Positions 9,701 to 19,600 of a DNA stretch of 33,953 nt are shown one piece after another. The notes beneath the pieces are model-generated. The model was not told where the DNA came from and searched no databases. It saw only the letters and a program-made list of their open reading frames with translations. A program made the position numbers and the translations under genes. The stretch is taken from the IMG/VR virus record IMGVR_UViG_2534682338_000010, positions 1 to 33,953 of that record, one strand, 5' to 3'. This DNA is from a virus. Taxonomy: Duplodnaviria; Heunggongvirae; Uroviricota; Caudoviricetes. Position 1 is the stretch's first letter; each line of letters opens with the position of its first letter.

Positions 9701-10557
9701 TCTTTAAAGCTGGCGTTCGGATCACATGCACCGTTTGAATGTAGATCCATCTGGCGTACTTGTTTACGTACTTTCAGGAATGAATCAACGTTAATGTTTT
9801 CAATTGGTACGGATAAGCCATATTTTTCATTTGTTAGGTAGTGGAAAATCTGATCCACGCCGTTAGTGCTAGCCTCAATAGCATTGGTTTCAAGGTTACG
9901 GATTTTAAGGCCGCAAACGTCTACTGCTACCTGGCTATTTGGCTGGAGAATATCAACACCAGCAGCAAGAGATTTGTCATCACGACGTAACACAATACAC
10001 ATGGTCGCAATGCCGTTACCCTTGAAAGCGTCGGTCCAGTCTGAGCCTAAATGACGTTTTGCCAGCGACAAAGCGGTGTTAGGATTCTTGCCCGTGCGGA
10101 ACTCGACTTCTAATACTTTACGATATTCTTCTTTAATGTTGCCCTTATCGAGAATACCATCACGGATCGTCATGTTCTTACCAACAAGAACATTTTTATT
10201 ATCAATAAAGAGTGCTTTGTAATGGTCGATTTCACCCTCGGCTACAGAGAAGATTTGCACTAGCTTATTGTTTTCTTGCTTAGAAACTGCTTTGTAAACA
10301 CAGTTTGTGCCAGTGCGGGTAGTACCGAAAACGACTGGTATCACCGCTTTCGGATCGTTTGATGTTCCTAGTGTCACCGCATTATCTGGGCTTTGTACTT
10401 TAGGTGTTTTTGGTGCGCCTACAGTGGAAGCGATCAAAGTCATTGCACCAGCAGCCATACCGATAGCGACTGCGGTCATAACAGAAAATGTTGCAGCAGC
10501 AGCCATCCCAGCAGACGCACCAGCAATAACCGCGCCTACCAATACTTCAAATCCCAT
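6781..10557 (-). CDS. central tail fibre / host-specificity protein (lambda J-like) with fibronectin-III-like regions and C-terminal repeat array
   Basis: 1258 aa; position after the tail-tip genes; repeated xAAIxxAKI units near residues 1005-1055; hydrophobic Gly/Ala-rich N-terminus. Confidence 0.75.
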   Translation of the reverse strand: MGFEVLVGAVIAGASAGMAAAATFSVMTAVAIGMAAGAMTLIASTVGAPKTPKVQSPDNAVTLGTSNDPKAVIPVVFGTTRTGTNCVYKAVSKQENNKLVQIFSVAEGEIDHYKALFIDNKNVLVGKNMTIRDGILDKGNIKEEYRKVLEVEFRTGKNPNTALSLAKRHLGSDWTDAFKGNGIATMCIVLRRDDKSLAAGVDILQPNSQVAVDVCGLKIRNLETNAIEASTNGVDQIFHYLTNEKYGLSVPIENINVDSFLKVRKQVRQMDLHSNGACDPNASFKENLTNLMQTFGGVMFESFGRITLKLDAPDIVKHTFNEDNIMMGKVSLKTGGTNGYFNTINAMYQEPSIDYSEQMLRYPADAENDATVRADGRIIAKDVEYRFVKSKDQIDKLASIERNKSRITQVISFMTTDAFTAEVWDVISVTYDELKLNNSLWRITAIDRSIDSGIAGMMTITATEYNSQVYTDLNYAATPDNRPSGLPDSMTVQKPTNFRIKATGETIYGKNVTLTWDAPEDFNRYGFQIDYRVSGSPNWIKLGQTSQQIFSVNALAKDRSYDYRVCAFGIIARSDWVELINQNPTVTYELPTPVIRIKNQGSTPGTFEGNDLIIEWENQQGLDVEINGETNKFSDLFEAYIIKVTNKAGKSIQYRTRDPESWTYTLDMNQFNGLSRQLTVEVSAKGYNNSESAPARLVAINPQHKPMKGFSARGGFNSVFVSWADDVEHDYAGSIIQYATDNTFSDARAVSTNSVSHTSFDLADGDYYLRAAHYDIFGMDDAVWSEPYFMQMRSTISWDDQDKEALEDLIGLQDRLDETIADAIAQAGANADAKIDAMHKQITTETGQTVQASADTLKSLIVSGDQASSTKIDQVKAELKGDITKEVSASATTLKQAIATSEAASASKIDQVRVEMDGKIAGVNQEADVKIDALKGTINSKYNLAVNADGRVAGIHMSATNDPAQPTRIIFNADKIAVAPQNGSEVCPFGIEGNKVYLDNAMIRNAAIGTAQINDAAITTAKIGNAAINSAKIQDGAITNAKIVNGAIDNAKIGNYIQSSNWNGSTGWHINKNGSATFMNATVKGNITADSGTLNNVTINSSCVIKGMLEATQVKGDFVKVIGRKFPHRDVNVDNGYAGYPQGTVTVRVEDDHKFDRQIVIPAVSFGGLRAREGSNNNTYYDTCRLIVRKNGSELYNRAYGGNTGLYSGVIDMPAGKGAVTLTFEVQSSAINNWTPSTWISDLTVMVTKKATTGITVS

Positions 10558-10976
10558 TATTCACCCCCGAATCTATAAACTTGTTCATAGTCAATGTCTG
10601 AAACAGGAATGGTCATCCAGATACCATCTTCTTCAACGAGGCCATAACCGGAATAATGAGGAACTACGGAATAATAATTACGGTTTCCTAATTTGTGGGC
10701 TGTGACCAGTAAGTCGCCGTCCTGTAAATCATCAGTGACTAATTTGAAATGTTTCTTAATTGGTTGAAGGATATTTGAATACCCGCTTAATTCTTTGCAG
10801 ATTTTCAAGCCTTCTTCTTTAGTTGAATATTTTTTATAAAGAGAATTATATAGGTCAGTACCAGCGAGAATATCGATGATCTTACATGCAATGAGATTGC
10901 AATCATTCTCGCCTTGAACGAACTCCTGACCTATTAAAGAATTGATGTAATCGGTGATAAGCCTAGTTTTTAGCAT
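10557..10976 (-). CDS. tail-tip assembly protein (lambda K-position; possible Cys-peptidase-like motif)
   Basis: ATG at 10976 preceded by GGAGG with 8-nt spacing; track start at 11132 would overlap the upstream gene; motif ENDCNLIAC. Confidence 0.5.
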   Translation of the reverse strand: MLKTRLITDYINSLIGQEFVQGENDCNLIACKIIDILAGTDLYNSLYKKYSTKEEGLKICKELSGYSNILQPIKKHFKLVTDDLQDGDLLVTAHKLGNRNYYSVVPHYSGYGLVEEDGIWMTIPVSDIDYEQVYRFGGE

Positions 10977-11022
10977 GTTGAATACCTCCATGCTGTTATT
11001 TACTAGGCTTAGGGAGAAGGGA

Positions 11023-11676
11023 TTATTTCTTCGATGAATGCCACTTGCTTTCGCTATTCCACTTCCCGGCACGGGAGAAGAATAGATCGTTCTCGTTTCC
11101 AACATAGGAACGGTGGATACCATCGGAGGCATGACTACGAGCGTTTTTATCTAGAACTTCCCAGATACTATTAAGCTGAAATTCTGATTCGTTTTTACAC
11201 TCATCATCTTCATGTTCGATGTTAATCCCGATGGAATCGACTACCCCACGGAAAACAGGGTAAGTGGTTTCAACTTTGCCCGTGTTGGGGTTAAGGAAAA
11301 CCATCTCGATTTTCACATCAGATTTATCGAATTGCTTGTTTCGAATCAGGGTAATGTATTCTTCGCGAACGTTAGAAACAGTTACGTTGATCCCGTTGTT
11401 GTTGATCTCCTTCTCTTCGGTATTCGATGAGATTTGAAGAAAATCACCCGTTGCGAGATACGTAAATCCGTTATAGTCCAAATCGAAATACCCATCTGTA
11501 AGCCGTAGAACGTCCCCTGACGCTGTTATCACTTCGATAATGTGAAACATCGATCCAGTGGAAAAAAGCTGCGGTAGCGTCAATCTAGACACGTTCTGAC
11601 CTGTCTGGTCGTTGTAGACCTCGATGAAGTCCAGATTAGTGCATAGTTTGCTGAATGATTCCTGAATAGTTGCCAT
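11023..11676 (-). CDS. minor tail protein (lambda L-position)
   Basis: ATG overlaps the upstream stop (TAATG coupling) and is preceded by GGAGA; about 217 aa. Confidence 0.5.
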   Translation of the reverse strand: MATIQESFSKLCTNLDFIEVYNDQTGQNVSRLTLPQLFSTGSMFHIIEVITASGDVLRLTDGYFDLDYNGFTYLATGDFLQISSNTEEKEINNNGINVTVSNVREEYITLIRNKQFDKSDVKIEMVFLNPNTGKVETTYPVFRGVVDSIGINIEHEDDECKNESEFQLNSIWEVLDKNARSHASDGIHRSYVGNENDLFFSRAGKWNSESKWHSSKK

Positions 11677-12236
11677 TATACATTCTCCACTAATTCGAAT
11701 TTCATCTTGCCAATCTGGGCGATCTTCCAATCGATATTTTCAGTTTTGAGAACAAATTCACCTTCTACGTTTTGATACTTGATCACCTCACCCGCCAGGA
11801 CGTTTTGACGCAAGTTAGGGAAGAGTTTCATTTCACCACCTGATTTCACGTCTTCGGTGATCGTGTAGATTTTCTTGTGGTTCTCAAACTGGATGATAGT
11901 TCCCGCTTTCAGTGTTCCGGTGAAGTTGGAGATTCTCACCTTACGCCCACCGCGAGCAGTACCAGCAGCAGCCGTTACCATCTGGCGTACATCACCTGTA
12001 TATTTTGAAAAGTAAGACAGTGGCACATTGAAAGGACGACCAAAAAGGTGACGTGCTACAAATTCTTTTACTTCGTTAATATCCTGAGCCATGAAATTCG
12101 CGGTAAATTCTGCTTCGTAAAAATGGATGCCAGTAAAGCGACGCTGGAACTTACCGGAGATAGATTGCGCCTTGAAGAAAGGTTGTTTTGATTTAAGAGT
12201 AAAATCTGTGATTTTAATATTCTTTGATTTGAACAT
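11676..12236 (-). CDS. distal tail protein / minor tail protein (lambda M-position)
   Basis: 186-aa ORF immediately downstream of the tape-measure gene. Confidence 0.5.
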   Translation of the reverse strand: MFKSKNIKITDFTLKSKQPFFKAQSISGKFQRRFTGIHFYEAEFTANFMAQDINEVKEFVARHLFGRPFNVPLSYFSKYTGDVRQMVTAAAGTARGGRKVRISNFTGTLKAGTIIQFENHKKIYTITEDVKSGGEMKLFPNLRQNVLAGEVIKYQNVEGEFVLKTENIDWKIAQIGKMKFELVENV

Positions 12237-12241
12237 AGAAA

Positions 12242-12281
12242 AGCCCCCATAGTTTTATGATTATTTATGACTATGGGGGCT
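12242..12281 (-). terminator. intrinsic terminator / RBS-sequestering hairpin between tape-measure and distal tail genes
   Basis: minus-strand RNA GCCCCCAUAG-18-nt loop-CUAUGGGGGC followed by UUUUCU and then the AUG of the next gene. Confidence 0.55.
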
Positions 12282-12286
12282 TTTAA

Positions 12287-14716
12287 TTACATCTTACGGC
12301 GCTGTGCGTCTTCTACCGCCTGAGCAACTAACTTAGCGTGACGTTTGATGGCGTCCATGACCATCTTGTCTGAGCTATTAACGTTGCCGTTAATGTTCAA
12401 AGGTGCGTTAACTTCAATCGGTTGAGAGTTGCCACCGCCTGATTTTTGAGCAGCAAGGAAGTCTTTCAAATCGCCGTTAGTACGCTGATCAACTACTCGT
12501 TCACCCTTATCAAGCAACCATGTACCCTCACGAGGGATGTTATCAATACCATCGTGAGCCATACCGCTAACGTTAGTAGACTTGATGTTTGCGATGTTCC
12601 CCATGTTCTGAGAAACAGCCAATGCAGCAGCAGCGATTTTTTGACCTGTGGTTACGTTGGTCGGATCGTTCCATGCATCGGTAGCAGCCGTCCACATGTT
12701 CACCGTCGCTTGTCCAATGGAGAATGCTTTATGAGCAGTGAAAGCCATCTGCATAGCTTTAGTGTTTTCCTGCCCGAAGAGAGTCATTGCAGCAGCAAAA
12801 CCGCCGTACATATCATCGGCTATTGACTGACGAGCATCAGCATATTTCTTCTCAATTGCAGCCATTCGTTTTTGATGGTTTTCATTGAGTTTTTCTAATG
12901 CTTCCATCCGTTTAGCCGGATCGGTGATCCCATCAATCTTGAGTTTATCGGTTTTATAATCTTGTTCCGCTTCCGATTTCTCTTTATCGATTGCATTAAA
13001 TTTAGCAAACGGGTTATTTGAGTCTTGATAGTCTAAGCTATTGGTCAACTGATTGGTTTTAAAACCATCCATTCCATGCAAAGAATCTTCAATCTGTGAA
13101 TAACTTTGTTCGGTATCATTCACACGACGCATATATTCTTCGTAGGAGATAGCCTTGCCATCAAGTAACCGTTTATGGCTTTCTAACTCGTTGTCCCTGA
13201 TTTGTTGCAATTGTGTTAAGGCATTCAAAGCATCAACCGGATCAGCACCTAAAATCATCTTGTATACGTTTTCAGTATTCTGATCGATTAAGGATTGGCG
13301 TTTCGCGGCTGCGTCTTGCTGAGAGATTAAGCCCAGATCTAAAGCAGTGTCCAAATCTTTCAAGCTGGCTTCTAACTGCTTGTTCTGAGAAGCAATAGAC
13401 GCGGCGACCTGCCCTTGCAATTTAACATCAAGTGCATTCAGACGCTTGATTGCATCCTCACGTTCTTTCTGTGCTTTTTCTGCGGCTTCCTTAGCCTTTT
13501 TAGCTTTCTCTTCCGCTTTCTTCTTGGCTTTTTCCTCTTCTTTCTTTTCTTTACCAGACTTACCCAATGAAGCTGGTCGAGTTGGTGTAGTCGGGATAGT
13601 CAAATCACGGTTAGGATCTGCCTTGCGGGTTAGATGTTCCCCGTTATCGACAACAATCAGAGAGCCATTTTTCTTATAAGAATCACCAAAACGTTTCTTA
13701 AATCCTTCAACATCAAAGCCAGCAGTACGAGGATCAACACCAGCACCACGGATCGCGGCCTTTTCCCAATCTGCCAGATTATTCCAACGCTTTTCTTTAT
13801 TGTACTTGTCAATAATCTTTTGAGCGTCTTTATGGTTGGCGTTAAGAATACCACCAGTTGCGGTCTTGCCTTCTTTATTCAGTCGATCTAATGCCCTGAA
13901 TAGAGAACTCTTTTCCCAATCAATATTAAACCAGTCAAATAACCAGTTTAAGCTATCAACAAGCGGACCAGTAATGGTCATGCCGACACCTTTCAGGTTA
14001 TTTTCCAGCTTATTAATATTCTGAGAGAATTTATCATATTTTTTAGCGTTTTCTTCGGTGACGTTAACAGATTGATTCTGAATAGCGATCATCGCCTCTT
14101 GAGCACTATTATATTTCTCAAGCTGGCTGGTCATATGGCTTGAATCACTGGCTAAAGATTCCATCATGAACTTGATTTCAGCCATTGATTTTCCGGCTTT
14201 CTTCATGTCATAGAACACTTGGATCGCCGCTTTCATACCACCTTGCGGATCTGTCATGAAGTGAGCATAGTTTTCTAACTTAAGGCCAACCGATTCTAAA
14301 TCATCGGCAATACCACCACCGTTAGCCCACGCATCACCCATCTTATCTAAGGTGTCTTTGTTGATATCACCAAATTTTTCAACTGTTAGGCCAGTACCAG
14401 AAAATTCCTTTTCCAGTCTTTGAAGGGATTCAATCGAGAGTCCGGTCGCCTTAGATACTTCTGAATATTGTTTAACGTATTCCGCGCCAGCTTTAGCGGC
14501 TGCAACCACTGCGGTCGCAACTAAGCCGATACCACCAGCAGCCAAACCAGCAGAGCCAGCGATCCCACGAAGAGATCCAGTCAGACCAGATAAGCCACCA
14601 CCAAAATCAATATTACTTGCCTTTTCAGACAAACTATCGAGAAGGTCGGCGGCTTCATTGGTACTTCTCCTTAGACCTTTATTATCCCCTTCTATTGTTA
14701 CTATATGTTTTGTCAT
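12287..14716 (-). CDS. tail tape-measure protein
   Basis: 809 aa, long coiled-coil/Ala-Lys-Glu-rich central region (KKEEEKAKKKAEEKAKKAKEAAEKAQKERE), preceded by two small chaperone-like ORFs. Confidence 0.8.
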   Translation of the reverse strand: MTKHIVTIEGDNKGLRRSTNEAADLLDSLSEKASNIDFGGGLSGLTGSLRGIAGSAGLAAGGIGLVATAVVAAAKAGAEYVKQYSEVSKATGLSIESLQRLEKEFSGTGLTVEKFGDINKDTLDKMGDAWANGGGIADDLESVGLKLENYAHFMTDPQGGMKAAIQVFYDMKKAGKSMAEIKFMMESLASDSSHMTSQLEKYNSAQEAMIAIQNQSVNVTEENAKKYDKFSQNINKLENNLKGVGMTITGPLVDSLNWLFDWFNIDWEKSSLFRALDRLNKEGKTATGGILNANHKDAQKIIDKYNKEKRWNNLADWEKAAIRGAGVDPRTAGFDVEGFKKRFGDSYKKNGSLIVVDNGEHLTRKADPNRDLTIPTTPTRPASLGKSGKEKKEEEKAKKKAEEKAKKAKEAAEKAQKEREDAIKRLNALDVKLQGQVAASIASQNKQLEASLKDLDTALDLGLISQQDAAAKRQSLIDQNTENVYKMILGADPVDALNALTQLQQIRDNELESHKRLLDGKAISYEEYMRRVNDTEQSYSQIEDSLHGMDGFKTNQLTNSLDYQDSNNPFAKFNAIDKEKSEAEQDYKTDKLKIDGITDPAKRMEALEKLNENHQKRMAAIEKKYADARQSIADDMYGGFAAAMTLFGQENTKAMQMAFTAHKAFSIGQATVNMWTAATDAWNDPTNVTTGQKIAAAALAVSQNMGNIANIKSTNVSGMAHDGIDNIPREGTWLLDKGERVVDQRTNGDLKDFLAAQKSGGGNSQPIEVNAPLNINGNVNSSDKMVMDAIKRHAKLVAQAVEDAQRRKM

Positions 14717-14727
14717 AAATTACCCCT

Positions 14728-15069
14728 TTAACCGCTTCTGAGTTTCTCAAGCAAAGATGGATCAAACATGTTCAGCATTGCCGCTTTACGTTCTTCTTCT
14801 TTCTTGCGTGCAAGTTCTTCCAGTTCTTCTTTAGTTTTAAAGAGTTTTTCTTCTCTAATTAATTGGAATTGGCTAGGCTTGAGTTTCTTTGCAGTTTCAC
14901 GAGTCATTCCTTGTGACGTCATATACATGGAATATTGCAACATCGCATTCTGCATATCATGAAACGCGGGGCTTTGTGGTTCTAAGTAGGTGTCGAAAAT
15001 GTATAATTTCCAAAACAGAGTGATTGGCATATTATCCATTTCATCTTTACTAAGCCCCGATCGCATCAT
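14728..15069 (-). CDS. tail assembly chaperone (T-like partner)
   Basis: 113-aa ORF directly upstream of the tape-measure gene; no good SD; -1 frame relative to the preceding chaperone ORF. Confidence 0.45.
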   Translation of the reverse strand: MMRSGLSKDEMDNMPITLFWKLYIFDTYLEPQSPAFHDMQNAMLQYSMYMTSQGMTRETAKKLKPSQFQLIREEKLFKTKEELEELARKKEEERKAAMLNMFDPSLLEKLRSG

Positions 15070-15098
15070 TTGCCGAAAATAGAAATTCAGAAGCGGGT

Positions 15099-15407
15099 TT
15101 ACTTTACCTCGTTTTCAATTACTGCCGGATCTTGCATCAATGATGCTTGAGCAACCAAACCGATTAATTCACTACGGACGTTAGTATACAGTGCCTTAAC
15201 TTGTTCCATAGATTCAAATACTGGTTTACCGTCTTCATCTTCAATACAACGAAGAATCGAACGTTCATCACGGTCTTCTTTATCAGTATTGAAAACATGT
15301 TCGTTAAATTCTTTTACCGACATAGGGCGAGCATAGAAAGTAAATCCACCGATGGTTAAAGATTCACGTTTCGGAGAAAGGGCTTTCAGCATTTCATTAA
15401 TATTCAT
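15099..15407 (-). CDS. tail assembly chaperone (G-like)
   Basis: 102-aa acidic ORF at the canonical position upstream of the tape-measure gene. Confidence 0.5.
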   Translation of the reverse strand: MNINEMLKALSPKRESLTIGGFTFYARPMSVKEFNEHVFNTDKEDRDERSILRCIEDEDGKPVFESMEQVKALYTNVRSELIGLVAQASLMQDPAVIENEVK

Positions 15408-15449
15408 TCTTGTTTCCTCTTAAGTTAATTCGATATGTTTATTTAGAAT

Positions 15450-15956
15450 TTAAGAGATTTTCAAAGTCTGCTTAGTGCCAGTCTTCTTAATGTTGGTAAG
15501 GAAAGCAGCCGGAGGATTGCTTAACCAGTAGTAATGAAAACCACTTTGCATACTGTTATAAGGAACAGTGACAGCAGCACCACCCAAATTAACGGTTATA
15601 TTCCCCGCTCTACCATTCTGGAGATATACAGCCATAGTAGGAGTACCACCATTGAATTGACCAACGATAACGCCAATCAGACGCCCTACGCCCACGTTTT
15701 CGGGGTTCTCCATAGATCCTTTACCGCGCATGTCAGTTACTGGATAGTTTGAAGCAGTTACACCCCAGTTATTACCCAATGAAGTAGACCACGCAGCAGT
15801 AGCTACAACCGTATCCATACCACGACCACACATCGCACTCATGTTAGCTGGGCGACTAACCTTTAATGCGTTCATTGCTGCGCTCATCCATCGTTGACCA
15901 GTTACAGAAACAGCAGATGACCCGACCCAGCCAGGCTTATTAACGACATTCGCCAT
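15450..15956 (-). CDS. tail-associated structural protein (Gly/Asn-rich)
   Basis: 168-aa ORF; GGAG SD 8 nt upstream; follows the terminator after the putative tube gene. Confidence 0.5.
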   Translation of the reverse strand: MANVVNKPGWVGSSAVSVTGQRWMSAAMNALKVSRPANMSAMCGRGMDTVVATAAWSTSLGNNWGVTASNYPVTDMRGKGSMENPENVGVGRLIGVIVGQFNGGTPTMAVYLQNGRAGNITVNLGGAAVTVPYNSMQSGFHYYWLSNPPAAFLTNIKKTGTKQTLKIS

Positions 15957-15971
15957 TTTGATTACTCCAAT

Positions 15972-15999
15972 AAAAAAGCCCCACCATTAAGGCAGGGCT
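15972..15999 (-). terminator. intrinsic terminator (homologous to the one after the capsid gene)
   Basis: minus-strand hairpin GCCCUGCC-UUAA-GGUGGGGC with a G-U pair, followed by UUUUUU. Confidence 0.65.
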
Positions 16000-16004
16000 T
16001 ATAA

Positions 16005-16124
16005 TTAATCTTTAGCCTTGCGGCTTCGTTTAGCTGTGGCTTTCGCCGTAACTTCTTCTACTTCTGGAATCACCACCGCTTCATGTTCCGGCTGTGGTTC
16101 CGGTTCGGGAAGTTCTTCGAAAGT
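16005..16124 (-). other. in-frame post-TGA extension of the putative tail-tube gene (39 codons then TAA)
   Basis: frame 0 after TGA (16125-16127) is open: TFEELPEPEPQPEHEAVVIPEVEEVTAKATAKRSRKAKD; homologous to the capsid extension. Confidence 0.45.
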
Positions 16125-16601
16125 TCAAGCGGCAGTATTGAAGATTTGCTGTTTCAGCGGAGCACCATCAACGGCAAAGGTAAACTCTTTAGTTACCACT
16201 TCTTCATCGCCACCGTTCATAGCAACTTTAGAAATGAAGCCGTTGTACGCAATGCGAATACCAGTCTGTTTTCCGGCGTCAACATAATACTCTACTTTGA
16301 TCTGGCAGCGAGTGCCGTCTTCGGCAGCTTTTGCGAGCTTCTCGTGTACCGCATCACCTGGGATGTAGTTAACGGTCAGAGTCAGATCTTCAACGTTCAG
16401 TTTACCAACCAGCTTACGGTTATACTGAGAAGAATACGATTTGACTTCTACCGTCCCGCGAGACAGTGAATATTCAGGAAAACCAGCACACTCTTTAATT
16501 TCTTCGTATGCTTCATCAGCAAGATCGGTGTTAGTGGTATCAGCGTGATAGAACAGACTTACCAGACCACCAGTAAAAATATCTTTAAATTGTTGAGACA
16601 T
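16125..16601 (-). CDS. putative major tail tube protein
   Basis: 158 aa; size typical of siphovirus tube proteins; followed by a strong terminator; ends with TGA. Confidence 0.5.
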   Translation of the reverse strand: MSQQFKDIFTGGLVSLFYHADTTNTDLADEAYEEIKECAGFPEYSLSRGTVEVKSYSSQYNRKLVGKLNVEDLTLTVNYIPGDAVHEKLAKAAEDGTRCQIKVEYYVDAGKQTGIRIAYNGFISKVAMNGGDEEVVTKEFTFAVDGAPLKQQIFNTAA

Positions 16602-16657
16602 AGAATTACCCCTTAATTAAATTTGTTATAACGGGGGAACTAGTCCCCCGACTTTTA

Positions 16658-19600
16658 TTATTTAGTTGCTTTCAGTTCGGCTAATTCAGCTTTAGTTTCG
16701 GCAAGTTCTTTAGCCATAGCATCAAACTTAGCGGTCATTTCCTGCATTGCTTTGATGATTAAAGCATTGACAGCAGAGTTAGAAATAGTCTTGATTGCTT
16801 CTGGATGTTCTGGATCTTCGGTGGATTGAATACCTACTGCTTCCGGCAATACTTTTTCCAGATCCTGAGCAATAATACCTACTTCGCGTTTAATCACCGT
16901 GTCATCGGAAAGAGATTTAACTTTATCGTAGGTGTAGACTTTCAGTGAGTTTACTTTCTCTAATGCGCCGTCCTGTAATTCTTCCTTGTTAATTTTCAAA
17001 CGGGAGTCGGAGCGAATGTAAACATCGTTAAACGAACCGTTACGACCTGCGGTAAAGTCACCAGCAGCGTTAAAGTCAAAAGTTGCATCGTGTACGTGCA
17101 TACGCACCATAGCATTTCCGATAGTACCGCTAGGAACATGTACACCCATTGCTGCGATATGATATTTACCTTGATGGGTTGCTTTCCATACGTTATGAGC
17201 GGAATCGGTTGATTGTTGACAGTCGACCTGAATACCAGAAGCACGATCACGCCAGCTAGTCCAACTACCGCCAGCAACAGAACCACGAATCAGACCATTA
17301 CCGCCACCGGAAACAGTACCCGTTTCAAGTTGAATCATCTTACCGCCGAATTTCCAGACTTCGGTTTGTTTCTCACCGCGCATACGCATAACGCCAGCAT
17401 CATCGCAGTACAACAGACCCAATTCTAAGCCATTTGGATCTCTAAACCACAAATGCTTATTGCCACTGCGACGAAACTCAATATCAGCACCGTTAAGCGT
17501 GATATTACCGCCAGTGTGAATTGCTTTAGGTTTAACAGTACCGTTGATGGCAAACTCGATTAATTCAGTACCCGGACCGCCCGGTCGTTGTGTGTACCAG
17601 TGCCAACCGCTTTCGTCCGCACATTCGAATACTTGTTTACGAGCATCAGCACCCCACGCACGGATATTAAAGCTAGAAGTAGCTGTATTTTTGCCCCACG
17701 TTAATTTTCCTTCGGTAGTTAAATCCCCTCGGAAATGAGCAAGTAAGCCACCAGTACCGTTACGTTCTGTAGTAAAGTGAGTTCCGCTAGTGTCCTGGAA
17801 TTGCAAAACGTTATATCGATTGGCATTACTATTCCCCCAATGGTTAATCGTAAAAGAATCCATCGACTGATTTCCACCAGCAGAGAAAGTAAGCAGTCCT
17901 TTTTCTAAGAATACATTGTTGCTAAAACGGGCAGCACGGCTATCTCTTTCAAGAACTAATGCACCTTCGTTACCATCACCGCCTAAAGTAACTTTACCGT
18001 TAGTCAAATCGTAAATGAACGGTCTGTTTCCATTCCATCCGCCCAATTTATCATTTTCGGCAGTAGAAAGAAGATAAACTTTACCACCGTCATTACGCCA
18101 GAATGCACCATAATTACCGTAGATCATGCGGTAGGCGTCGCTATTCATTGAGATGAATTGAGCGTTAGTATAAACTCGTTTTGTGTTACCGGTTGCAAGT
18201 TCGATCTGTCCGTCGATGTGGTGACGAATAGAAGTACCACCTACATCACTATACCATTCAAAAACGTTAGTATCAGCATTACCATAACCGATCCACCCTT
18301 GACGGGTAATAGATCCAGTACGATTATCTTGAAACGCAATATGGTTGGATTGACCAGCAGGACGCCGCAAGGTAATAACATTACTACCTCCACCCAACAT
18401 CATTCGACCAGAAAGAATATTACCTTTATGAGTCCCAGCAATAGAGCTACTAGATTCAACGGATAGAATCTCCTGAGCATCTGTACTACCCGTGGCGAGT
18501 CGATAAGTAGAACCCTGAACCGTCTCATGCCAGATCATTTCGTTATAGTTGCTACGGAATTTACGAATATATTTTCGTCCAGTACCTCTATCATTGCTTA
18601 GATGAACAATGTCATAGCTGTTTTGTGTATTGTCGTCAAAACTCAACACACCACGTTTATTTTCTGTGTTAAAAAGAGTTACGTTGCGACCACCGATAAC
18701 ACCAACGGAAGGTTTAATTAACGTGGCTTCCGGCGTATCATAAACCGTCAAACTTACATAAACAGATTTCCCATATTCGACAATGACGTTATCGGTATAA
18801 CGCTGATATTTCACGTAGATATCATAGTTATCACCGGAAGTATTGACAGCAAATACCTCAAAATCTTTGTTTGTATTTCTACGGTATGCAATTACGTTAA
18901 GACCTTTAGGTCTATCGTTACCACTACGGAGAAGAATTTCTACTACATCAACTTGGTCATATGCCGTAACGTTGTAACCATTACCACCATGAATACGGAA
19001 AAACACACTACGCCCGTTTTGTGGAATTGTTGCGGTTGCCAATTTGAAATATGCAGATACGTTTTCGCTAGAATTGGGAACAGACATAACGACGTTTTTA
19101 ACAAACATCTTATCAACTTCGGCTTTGGTGTATGCACCAATCTCGCCAGGAGTCGGCTTATCACCTTCGTGATACATCTTATAGCTAAAGTTCTTCTGTC
19201 CTTCTCTATCAAAACCATAGGTTTCAACACGAGATCCACCAGACGCATAACGGAAAGTAAATCCGCGACCGTGCGCTTTACCGGCAGAGTGAGGAACGTT
19301 AAGAGTTAGATCCATGAGTCCATCTTGACCATTGGTACGGAAAGCACCAAAGTAGTTAAGATCTCTCGCTGTCTGGTCTTCCAAATAGTTAGCTGTTTTG
19401 GTTAACAGATAGCCGTGATGGTAAGTGTTGGTATTCTTCTTGATGTAAGCAGCATCGGCACTACCTTCAATAGAATCAATTCGCTGGTTAGCTGCGGCAA
19501 TTGCGGCATCAGTAGAAGATTTATTCTGGTCTACCTTGTTGTTAATTGCTGTATGGTTGCTATTAACTGTCCCCGTAAGATTGGTGATCTTCGTGTCGGC

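Noticed and set aside
10977-11132. Extended N-terminus of the 191-aa track ORF
   Set aside because: It would overlap the preceding gene by over 100 nt; an internal ATG at 10976 has a perfect GGAGG SD at optimal spacing.
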